A stretch of 64,000 nucleotides of DNA. Source: a virus. Shown here piece by piece: positions 8,762 to 15,830 of this stretch (position 1 is its first letter; the number at the start of each line of letters is the position of its first letter). The translations under genes were made by a program, and so were the position numbers. The DNA lies in IMG/VR virus record IMGVR_UViG_3300045996_002966, positions 7,960 to 71,959 of that record. One strand, given 5' to 3'. Below the pieces are notes generated by a model, which was not told the DNA's origin, did not search any database, and worked only from the letters and a program-made list of their open reading frames with translations.

Positions 8762-8906
8762 GCTCGAATCTGCCTTAGAAAAGTTGAGAAAGGATCGCGA
8801 CGAGCTGCGCGGCCTGTTATCGGAATATACCGACGTCCTGGAGAACGCCGAGGATGCGGCTGATTCTCTGGAGTACGCCATCGAAAACCTTTCCAATCAT
8901 CTTTGA
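8688..8906 (+). CDS. Small coiled-coil protein
   Basis: GAGGAG RBS; heptad pattern. Confidence 0.65.
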   Translation: MPSKTPPAKTPQKTKEQRKDELRTKLESALEKLRKDRDELRGLLSEYTDVLENAEDAADSLEYAIENLSNHL

Positions 8907-8930
8907 ACAGGAGGTAGGGTCTTCATTACA

Positions 8931-9092
8931 GGCCGAGGTGTCGTGGTGCTCTGACCGCTGCGCCACCTCCCAGCCGCTTGGTCGGGCTCCCTACTTCCGG
9001 AAGCGCTTCGGGCCCACCAGGCACTCAACCTCCGCGCAACAGCAGCGGGAAATCAGAGCCAGCTGTGACTTTGGCCGTAGAGAGTAACGGCC
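8931..9092 (+). ncRNA. Candidate rod-shaped structured RNA
   Basis: Five nested helices in a 207-nt gap between genes (see findings). Confidence 0.4.
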
Positions 9093-9116
9093 ACCCCACC
9101 CCCAAGAGGAGCTGTG

Positions 9117-9365
9117 ATGAAATGGAAAACCAGGGACGGCCGAACGCTGGCACCGTCTGAGATGAGCACGGAGCATCTAAAGAATGCTATCGCGATGCTG
9201 CGCCGCCAGGGAAAGGTTACTCACGGCGAGCTGCTCAGCATGATCGCCTATGCGGGTAGCGCGCCGGACGGCGCTGCGATGGCCGTCGAACAGGAGATCG
9301 ACAACGCGAGGGTCAGTCGAGGCCTCTCGGTCCTCGAGGCCGAGCTATCCAGGAGAGAAGCATGA
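9117..9365 (+). CDS. Hypothetical protein (WKTRDG...MSTEHLKNAI family)
   Basis: GAGGAG RBS; motif common in small phage proteins. Confidence 0.75.
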   Translation: MKWKTRDGRTLAPSEMSTEHLKNAIAMLRRQGKVTHGELLSMIAYAGSAPDGAAMAVEQEIDNARVSRGLSVLEAELSRREA

Positions 9366-9781
9366 GCTTTCAACACCGGGAGGCCTTCTGTCTGATGTGG
9401 TACCGCTGCGAGGTCTGCGCTTGCACATTGCGATTTTGGAACAGTCGCGACGGCGTTACCCCTTTCACCACCACCTGCCCCTCCTGCGGCGCCCTCGCGA
9501 TGACGCACTGCCTTTTCAGCCAAGATACGCGCTTGCCGCTTTATCGACCCTGGACCGGACAGCCGGTCTGGATCGATATGACACGAGAACAGGCCGAGGC
9601 CTACGCCAACCGGAAGCTGAAGCAGCGTCAGCTCGAATCCGGCGAGGAGTCGACGCCGGAGCTACGCGAGGCCCTGATAAAGGAGATCTACCGGGACGGA
9701 CAGGCTCCCGACTTGATGATTTGGGGTTTTCAGCGGGACATAAACGCGCCCTTCCGCCCGAATTGGTGGCCTAAGAAGTAA
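9362..9781 (+). CDS. Zinc-ribbon protein
   Basis: CEVC...CPSC; ATGA coupling. Confidence 0.75.
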   Translation: MSFQHREAFCLMWYRCEVCACTLRFWNSRDGVTPFTTTCPSCGALAMTHCLFSQDTRLPLYRPWTGQPVWIDMTREQAEAYANRKLKQRQLESGEESTPELREALIKEIYRDGQAPDLMIWGFQRDINAPFRPNWWPKK

Positions 9782-9831
9782 CACTTGTTCATAAAATAAA
9801 GGTTTACAGACAGGGGCGGTTGTGGTCCAAT
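9779..9831 (+). promoter_or_regulatory. Repeated early promoter unit, copy 3
   Basis: TAACA(9779), ATAAAATAAAGG-TTTACA(9803)-N17-TCCAAT(9826). Confidence 0.85.
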
Positions 9832-9856
9832 GGAACCATTCCAAGGAGAGACAGAC

Positions 9857-10096
9857 ATGAAACATCAAACCGTTAAAGCTCCCGAGGGCTGGGCCATTCA
9901 CCTCTTTGCTGCTCGGGTACGCACCGGCGACGAGGGTCTTTGCGTCTACACCTTTCCGGGTGCGGAGAGCTGGAAGCTAACGCGGGTCACCTATCCGGTA
10001 GACAAGCAGGGTAAGACCCTTCGCCCGACGATCGTCGATCTATCCGCCCCTTTCAACTCCCTGAGCGAGTTGAATAAGTTCCTCGACGCTCTATAA
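9857..10096 (+). CDS. Hypothetical early protein
   Basis: AAGGAG RBS after promoter copy 3. Confidence 0.75.
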   Translation: MKHQTVKAPEGWAIHLFAARVRTGDEGLCVYTFPGAESWKLTRVTYPVDKQGKTLRPTIVDLSAPFNSLSELNKFLDAL

Positions 10097-10109
10097 AAAG
10101 GAACCTATC

Positions 10110-10262
10110 ATGCTTACCAACTCTGATCTGAGCCTCATCGTCGCCCTCCGGAGCGCTATGAACACGCAGGGTCGTTCCGAGCGCCAAATGGAAGAACTAA
10201 CCGCCGAGCTGACGAAGGCCCTCGAGCGGTGGAACGAGTGGAACCAGCCGCACGAGGTTTGA
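10110..10262 (+). CDS. 50-aa hypothetical protein, not in the ORF track
   Basis: AAGGA RBS; MLTNSDLSLIVALRS...; its TGA stop is the start of promoter copy 4. Confidence 0.65.
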   Translation: MLTNSDLSLIVALRSAMNTQGRSERQMEELTAELTKALERWNEWNQPHEV

Positions 10263-10312
10263 CATTTGTTCATAAAATAAAGGTTTACAAGGTAGCTCCT
10301 TTGTGTTCTAAT
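10260..10312 (+). promoter_or_regulatory. Repeated early promoter unit, copy 4
   Basis: TGACA(10260), ATAAAATAAAGG-TTTACA(10284)-N17-TCTAAT(10307). Leader AATGGAACCATTCCAAGGAGA is identical to copy 3. Confidence 0.88.
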
Positions 10313-10335
10313 GGAACCATTCCAAGGAGAACATC

Positions 10336-10527
10336 ATGATCACCCTCTTCACCTACGACATTAACCGCCGCGCCGCCTACTTCGGCCGCACCACCCCTCG
10401 GGTTGAGTGGGTCGTGATTCGCAGCGACGGCCGTCAAATGGGAACCTACGCCACCCGGCGTGAGGCACAGGCAGAAAAAGAGCTCAACGAGCTGCTCGAC
10501 CGCCGCGAAGCCGGTGAGGAGGCCTGA
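10336..10527 (+). CDS. Hypothetical early protein
   Basis: AAGGAG RBS. Confidence 0.75.
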   Translation: MITLFTYDINRRAAYFGRTTPRVEWVVIRSDGRQMGTYATRREAQAEKELNELLDRREAGEEA

Positions 10528-10528
10528 G

Positions 10529-10723
10529 ATGGGTGCTACCTTCATCTTCACCTACGGCCGCAGTCGCCACGAGATCAAGAAGGGCGACCGGAAGGCGGCG
10601 GCCGACGTGCTGCGCTACGCGCGGGCGAACCGACCGGCCTGCCAAGTTGAGCGGATCTGCCAAGGGCAGTTCCTTATCGATCACCCCGCGCGCCACACAA
10701 AGGTGCGCATCAACGTTCGGTGA
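10529..10723 (+). CDS. Hypothetical protein
   Basis: GAGGAGG RBS; its TGA stop is the start of promoter copy 5. Confidence 0.7.
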   Translation: MGATFIFTYGRSRHEIKKGDRKAAADVLRYARANRPACQVERICQGQFLIDHPARHTKVRINVR

Positions 10724-10773
10724 CACTTGTTGATAAATTAAAGGTTTACAAGGTAAGGTAGTTGTGATCTAAT
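10721..10773 (+). promoter_or_regulatory. Repeated early promoter unit, copy 5
   Basis: TGACA(10721), ATAAA, AAAGG-TTTACA(10745)-N17-TCTAAT(10768). Confidence 0.88.
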
Positions 10774-10796
10774 GGTTTCACACCACGGAGATCATC

Positions 10797-10943
10797 ATGA
10801 AAAGCTGGAACGAACTAACCCCCACGGAACGTCGGATTGAAATCTTGACGCAGCGGCTCAATAACCTAGCTCCGAGTGCTCCGCTCCGTATTAAGGTCGC
10901 GATCACCGCTGAACTTCGCTCGTTGGGCTGGGGTCGGAAATGA
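10797..10943 (+). CDS. 48-aa hypothetical protein, not in the ORF track
   Basis: GGAG RBS; MKSWNELTPTERRIEIL...; ATGA overlap with the next gene. Confidence 0.65.
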   Translation: MKSWNELTPTERRIEILTQRLNNLAPSAPLRIKVAITAELRSLGWGRK

Positions 10944-11293
10944 ACAAAGAGACCATCATGCAGCGCACCTACGCTAGCGAATTCGGCCCCAAGTACCACC
11001 CGGAACCGGAGGTGCTCCACCTCCTCGGGCAGCTGTTCTTCCTCGACTCAAGCTGGCACAACGACACCTGCCCAAGCTGGACGTACGAATTCAACGACCG
11101 ATCGACCCTGATCGTCTTTGTGCAGCCGGCCGACGCTACCCTGCGGGAGTGGCCCGAGGCGAAGCGCTTCAACGTGCAGATCCGCGACCCGGAGGGCGAC
11201 CTAACGGATTACGACTTCGACACCGACGATCAGGGCGAGCTGCGCGCCCACCTTGTGCGGCTCCTCCGGGCCCGAGGGGTGGAGGCCGAATAG
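10940..11293 (+). CDS. Hypothetical protein (DSSWHNDTCPS motif)
   Basis: Last + strand gene before the convergence point. Confidence 0.75.
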   Translation: MNKETIMQRTYASEFGPKYHPEPEVLHLLGQLFFLDSSWHNDTCPSWTYEFNDRSTLIVFVQPADATLREWPEAKRFNVQIRDPEGDLTDYDFDTDDQGELRAHLVRLLRARGVEAE

Positions 11294-11382
11294 AGCCCCG
11301 TAGAGCCTCTCACGAGGCTCGGAGCCCTACCACCCATGCCCTAAGCGCTTGGCGCGTTCTAGAGGCCTTCCCGTCAGCCGAT

Positions 11383-11673
11383 TTAGGCGTTTCGAGCCCC
11401 GGTCGGGGAGGCCTTGGGCGCCGGCGGACCCATCGGAGGTTCGGCCGGCTGCAGGGCTTCCTCCAGCTCCCGCAGCTCGTCCTTCGTCAGGCACGCAACC
11501 CCATGGCGTTGGATCTGGCTCGGGAGCGGGCCCACGATGCTGATGCCGACCTGATCGGGCGCCGCCTTCCAGGCCTCGCAGGCAGCTTTGTCGGTCCAGG
11601 GAACGTACTGGGTCTGCGAGAAGGGCACACCCCCGAGCGTGAAGAGAAACGTAATCACAAGCACGGCGTTCAT
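11383..11673 (-). CDS. Small exported or membrane protein
   Basis: Hydrophobic N-terminus; two Cys. Confidence 0.65.
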   Translation of the reverse strand: MNAVLVITFLFTLGGVPFSQTQYVPWTDKAACEAWKAAPDQVGISIVGPLPSQIQRHGVACLTKDELRELEEALQPAEPPMGPPAPKASPTGARNA

Positions 11674-11679
11674 GGTGCT

Positions 11680-12093
11680 TTACTCCAGCAACTTAAGGGC
11701 CTGGTCCTTCAGCCCATCCCAGTCCACGCCCGCCAGGATCGGGCGCTCGTTGGCGCGAAGCCAGCGCTGGAATGTTTGGGTTAAAACTTCTTCCTGCGTC
11801 GCCCGCAGCCGATCAAGCTTAATCTCGTAGCGCAGGCAGGTTAGCACATAGCTGGGCTTGCCACCGAGGGTTTCGGCCACAAAGGAGTGGCAAAACTCGT
11901 GCTCCCAGCAGTAGGCCCAAAGATCGTCACCGTAGCCGAGCCGGTGCGCGATTACGTGGTAGTGAGGATCTTCCGGGTGCGGCCAGGCCTCGAGGTGAGA
12001 TCCGTCGGGGAAGCGGTTGACGATGCGACGGTGCTTCAACGCCTGGTCGTCGTACTCGAGAGTGACGTAATCCAGGGCGATGACCTTTTTCAT
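11680..12093 (-). CDS. HExxH (zinc metallopeptidase-like) protein
   Basis: WEHEFCH plus downstream EE; GGAAGGG RBS. Confidence 0.65.
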   Translation of the reverse strand: MKKVIALDYVTLEYDDQALKHRRIVNRFPDGSHLEAWPHPEDPHYHVIAHRLGYGDDLWAYCWEHEFCHSFVAETLGGKPSYVLTCLRYEIKLDRLRATQEEVLTQTFQRWLRANERPILAGVDWDGLKDQALKLLE

Positions 12094-12178
12094 CCCTTCC
12101 AGACACCCCAGGCCAGCGCCAGAAGTGCCCCCACGATCAGCCCGAACCAAATCCAATTCCAGCCACCGAAGTCTTGCA

Positions 12179-12820
12179 TCACTTCCTCGCACAAATCATC
12201 GCCGTCTCATCCCAGTAATCCGGCCCGCCGTCGTCGACGACTTCGAAGCACTGGGGCGCCGCCTTCACCGCTCCCTGGAGGAATTCCGTCACCGCTTTTT
12301 GGCGGACGTGGGAGCAGCGGGCGAAGTTGACCCACCGGGCAAGTTCGTACTCGCTGGCGCCGGAGCCGTCGTCGTCGGCGGGAGGTCCAGCTGGAGCGGT
12401 GGCAGGTCTGGGGGTGAGACCAAGAATCGCGAGGGGATCTTTATGCGCTTCGGCTCGGCGGGCACTGGGACCGTCGTTGAGCAGCTTGACAGCAGGAGCA
12501 GACAGAGCCCGACGAGTAGTGCTCGCCACACTCTCGAGCTGAGCACTGATAGCATCGAACTTCTCCCTGTATTGATCTTGAGTCTCTACCAGCAGCTTCA
12601 GCAGCTGATCGATCGCAGTTTGGGAATCCCTCTGCGCCGTCTGAGCCTTCTGCTCGGCGATGATCGAGCTAGATTTCCAACGCTCATTTTCGGTCTCGAG
12701 GTCGCGGATGGTATCGGCCCGCCAGGTCCACGCGACGTAGGTAGTTAAGCCCCCGACTAGGAGTCCGGCCATCGCGCCGAGCACCAAGCCGGCGGTCCCA
12801 GTCAGGGTGCTGAGGCTCAT
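12179..12820 (-). CDS. i-spanin (Rz-like)
   Basis: N-terminal TM followed by coiled coil; contains an embedded lipoprotein gene. Confidence 0.7.
   Translation of the reverse strand: MSLSTLTGTAGLVLGAMAGLLVGGLTTYVAWTWRADTIRDLETENERWKSSSIIAEQKAQTAQRDSQTAIDQLLKLLVETQDQYREKFDAISAQLESVASTTRRALSAPAVKLLNDGPSARRAEAHKDPLAILGLTPRPATAPAGPPADDDGSGASEYELARWVNFARCSHVRQKAVTEFLQGAVKAAPQCFEVVDDGGPDYWDETAMICARK
12289..12555 (-). CDS. o-spanin (Rz1-like) embedded in the i-spanin gene
   Basis: LCLLLLSSC lipobox and Pro-rich mature part, in an alternate frame wholly inside Rz. Confidence 0.7.
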   Translation of the reverse strand: MLSVLSSRVWRALLVGLCLLLLSSCSTTVPVPAEPKRIKIPSRFLVSPPDLPPLQLDLPPTTTAPAPASTNLPGGSTSPAAPTSAKKR

Positions 12821-12993
12821 CTCAGTAACGGGCGGGAATTCCAGGGCAGGGCTACGCCGAGGGCCTGGAGAATCAGGAGTACCACGCAGATCACCGCGCC
12901 AGCCCAGAGCAACGTACGCAGCCACGAAGGCATCGTCGGGACGAGAGCCGCGAGGAGAATGAACAGGATGAGAAGAATGATCAAGAGAGACAT
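12817..12993 (-). CDS. Two-TM small membrane protein
   Basis: GGAGG RBS; very hydrophobic. Confidence 0.7.
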   Translation of the reverse strand: MSLLIILLILFILLAALVPTMPSWLRTLLWAGAVICVVLLILQALGVALPWNSRPLLR

Positions 12994-13097
12994 AGGACTA
13001 CCTCCAGGGTTTAACTCGCCACCAGTGGCGCGCAGCGCGAAACTTCTGCAAAGCATATTCGGCCGATACCCAACGGGCGGCGAGCCAACTGATCAAC

Positions 13098-13283
13098 CTA
13101 TCCATCGCACAGATTCCTTGCACGACAACTACGCGGATTACCGGCGCATTCTATCATCACATTACGGTAATCGTTCGGATCGCAACTTAGGGGAGGCGGC
13201 GAGTCGTCGACCACCGGCGCCTCCTCGGAATCGCCGCCACAAGCAACCAGAAGAAGGAAGACCAGGACGATGACCTTCGCCAT
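13098..13283 (-). CDS. Small Cys-rich lipoprotein
   Basis: MAKVIVLVFLLLVAC lipobox; four further Cys. Confidence 0.7.
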   Translation of the reverse strand: MAKVIVLVFLLLVACGGDSEEAPVVDDSPPPLSCDPNDYRNVMIECAGNPRSCRARNLCDG

Positions 13284-13287
13284 GTGC

Positions 13288-13902
13288 TCACCTACAGTAT
13301 TCCATGCCCCAGCCGGTGCTTGCATAGGCGCCTTCGCGTTCGGTAATCCGTGTGACGTATCCTCGGTTTTCACGTATCGCCCACCCTGCCCGTGAAGTCT
13401 TTTGCGCCACGTCCGCCCACCGGGTAGGGTCGCAGCTTCGATCCTGCCCACAGAGCCCTATCTCCCGCGCGAGAGCGGTCGGCCCGCCGTTATAGGCGGC
13501 ACCAGAGAACTTGATGGCCTCGCAGCGATCGCGCCCTCGCGCGTAGTCGGCGTACAGGTCACGCATGTGAAGAGCTTGCGCGTAGAAGCACCACTTCGGG
13601 GAATATCGCCCCAGCGACGCCAGCCCGTCGAACTGCCCTTCGATCCCCGCCGCGGTCGCCGGGATGAACTGGCAGAGCCCTCGAGCCCCCGCGGAGGAGG
13701 TCAGGCCATCGCGCCAACCGCTCTCCTGGCCGATCTGAGCGGCGAGCCAGGCCGGCGTGCTTAGGCCCCAGACCTGGCGCACCGTTCCGACGTAGAGCCG
13801 CTTCCATTCCTTTGCCTCGCGCGGAACCTCAAAGCTATACGCTGAGGGCCATGGCCAGCATGCCCACGCCAATAAGGAAAGCACGACGGTGATGGTTCTC
13901 AT
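13288..13902 (-). CDS. Endolysin, SLT lytic transglycosylase with signal peptide
   Basis: QES, GARGLCQFIPAT, AAYNGG and ENRGYV motifs. Confidence 0.9.
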   Translation of the reverse strand: MRTITVVLSLLAWACWPWPSAYSFEVPREAKEWKRLYVGTVRQVWGLSTPAWLAAQIGQESGWRDGLTSSAGARGLCQFIPATAAGIEGQFDGLASLGRYSPKWCFYAQALHMRDLYADYARGRDRCEAIKFSGAAYNGGPTALAREIGLCGQDRSCDPTRWADVAQKTSRAGWAIRENRGYVTRITEREGAYASTGWGMEYCR

Positions 13903-14137
13903 GATTCGGATCAGCCCTATCGGGTTTCCAAAGGTAGAAGTGAACCGAATCGATGCCCCAACCCATCAAGGCTCCGATCATTACAGCCGTGCCTTTGACT
14001 ACCAGGTCATCGAACGCAGGGCTCGGCCAGCCCTGCCTGAAGACGATGTAGACCAGGGCTAGCGTCGTCAGCACCCAGACGTGCTTAAGCTTGACCTTAC
14101 CCAGCAAGCCTGTTTTGGTGATAGACGACTTTTCCAT
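13835..14137 (-). CDS. Putative holin (3 TM)
   Basis: Hydrophobic helices directly upstream of the endolysin; C-terminal RRAFLIGVGMLAMAL. Confidence 0.7.
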   Translation of the reverse strand: MEKSSITKTGLLGKVKLKHVWVLTTLALVYIVFRQGWPSPAFDDLVVKGTAVMIGALMGWGIDSVHFYLWKPDRADPNHENHHRRAFLIGVGMLAMALSV

Positions 14138-14379
14138 CACTCGCTCGGCGGCCGAATATTTGGAATATCGGCGAAGTGTCCGACGAGAGCAATCAGGATA
14201 ATGACCCCGATGATTACCAACCCGACGGTGAAGAAACGCCGCGCGGGCGTCCACGACTTCCAACCCCTATAGACGTCAGAATCTTGAAACTCCTCCTTAC
14301 GATCCTCGGCCAAAGCCTTGGCTTCTTCGATTCGTCGACGCATATCGTCGCCCCAGTCGTCACGATGTTCCGGTTCCAT
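14137..14379 (-). CDS. Single-TM membrane protein
   Basis: AGGAGG RBS; C-terminal TM. Confidence 0.7.
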   Translation of the reverse strand: MEPEHRDDWGDDMRRRIEEAKALAEDRKEEFQDSDVYRGWKSWTPARRFFTVGLVIIGVIILIALVGHFADIPNIRPPSE

Positions 14380-14491
14380 AGTAGACCTCCTACCCGTGCA
14401 GAACATAAGCGATAAACCCGCCTGCGATAATACCAATCACGGCAAGTATGATTTTACGATACCTTCTCCAAAAAGCCATCAGCATTTTCCT

Positions 14492-14932
14492 TTACGGCAC
14501 TACTAACTCCAAACGCGGTAAGTTGACGCACTCATTCCTGAGTATATTAGGTTTCCAGCACACGCGATTGACTGCAACATAAGTTCCCGATTTCAGTGGG
14601 GGAATCTCAACGGTGCGCTCCGTCATATAAATATCGGGCGGGTAGGTAACAACGCTCGAGGGTAGTTCAATCCGGATTACCTTACCGTCCATCGATCGAA
14701 CCAACTCACGAATGAAACGAAACTCCCGCTCGCGGTGAATACGAAACTCCCGCCGGATAAGGATATGCCGTGTACCCTGCATCTCAACCGAGTGATGCTC
14801 TGGGTTGACACTTTCAAATGCTGGTTCATATTGGGCATAGTTCAAATAACCGGCGATAACACCTGCCCCGACCATAACCCAAGTCGCGGTAGACATGCCA
14901 GCCATCATAAATTTGAAGGTCCGGTTATTCAT
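14492..14932 (-). CDS. Membrane-anchored periplasmic beta protein
   Basis: N-terminal TM; C-terminal Cys pair. Confidence 0.7.
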   Translation of the reverse strand: MNNRTFKFMMAGMSTATWVMVGAGVIAGYLNYAQYEPAFESVNPEHHSVEMQGTRHILIRREFRIHREREFRFIRELVRSMDGKVIRIELPSSVVTYPPDIYMTERTVEIPPLKSGTYVAVNRVCWKPNILRNECVNLPRLELVVP

Positions 14933-15477
14933 TCGTCGTCGCTCAAAGGTTCATATTTTTGCAAACGCCGCCTAAGCCTCGCGCTCTCTATCTGGCAATT
15001 CTGCAATTTTTCCTCAAGTAGATCATTCTTTTCTTCTAGCAACTTTACCTGCCGGTCGTGAATTCCCTGAAGGTTCTCCGCCGTCTGGACCTTGTTTTTA
15101 AGCCCGTGAATTAGCTGAGCGGTCTCATCGCGTTGACGATCTGCCTCGCGCTTCCGATCCTCGCGCTCTCGCTCGAGGTCTCGCTCGAGCCGAGCACGAT
15201 CCTCGCGCGCCGTCTTCTCCGCAGCCTCGCGAGCCTGGTCGGCAATGCGCTGCGCCTCACGCCGATTCTCCTCGTCCTTACGCTCCCGCTCCCCCGCCAA
15301 GCGGTTCGCTTCGATTTTGTCGGTCTTCTCCTTCTCAGCGGCTAGCTCCCGCGTTTTGCGCCGATCCTGCATCTGCGATTGAGCAAGGCGAAACAGGCCG
15401 CCAATGATCAGCAGCAAAACAGGGCCGACGAAGCCCTCGGTGTCCTTGAGTAAATCCCAAATTGGCATATCGCTCAA
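14929..15477 (-). CDS. TM plus long coiled-coil protein
   Basis: N-terminal TM; R/E-rich heptads. Confidence 0.75.
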   Translation of the reverse strand: MSDMPIWDLLKDTEGFVGPVLLLIIGGLFRLAQSQMQDRRKTRELAAEKEKTDKIEANRLAGERERKDEENRREAQRIADQAREAAEKTAREDRARLERDLEREREDRKREADRQRDETAQLIHGLKNKVQTAENLQGIHDRQVKLLEEKNDLLEEKLQNCQIESARLRRRLQKYEPLSDDE

Positions 15478-15830
15478 TTGGTAAAGGTAAACACCTTCTT
15501 GACGAGAATTTCAATGAACTCGGTATGCACGTCGTCCGCAGTCTCAAACTCCGCCTGGAGCTGAATAACTAGGAGCCGCTCGGGAAGACCGCCAACCGGC
15601 AGGTGGCTTCCCGGCACGCGGATTTCCATGCTTGACGCGGAATCGTCGACCGTTACCAACGGGCTTACGTTCGCACCCGTTAACGCATCGAAGACCTGAT
15701 ACTGCACCGAAAGAGGGGTTGCCGCCAACCCCCTCATATCCCGCCAGGTGATAGGAATCTCAACCGAGTTACCGTGACTGATGATCTTCGCCGGTCGGCT
15801 CAGGCGTTGAAGGGTGGACGGGGCAGGCAT
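15474..15830 (-). CDS. Small Ig-like fibre-adaptor-type virion protein
   Basis: Alternating beta-strand pattern; follows the Gly/Ala-rich fibre gene. Confidence 0.55.
   Translation of the reverse strand: MPAPSTLQRLSRPAKIISHGNSVEIPITWRDMRGLAATPLSVQYQVFDALTGANVSPLVTVDDSASSMEIRVPGSHLPVGGLPERLLVIQLQAEFETADDVHTEFIEILVKKVFTFTN

Noticed and set aside
9779-10773. Three similar ~55-bp repeats spaced about 470 bp apart, considered as a CRISPR array or attC cassettes
   Set aside because: The spacers are whole genes, the repeats are non-palindromic promoters, and no cas or integron integrase gene is present.
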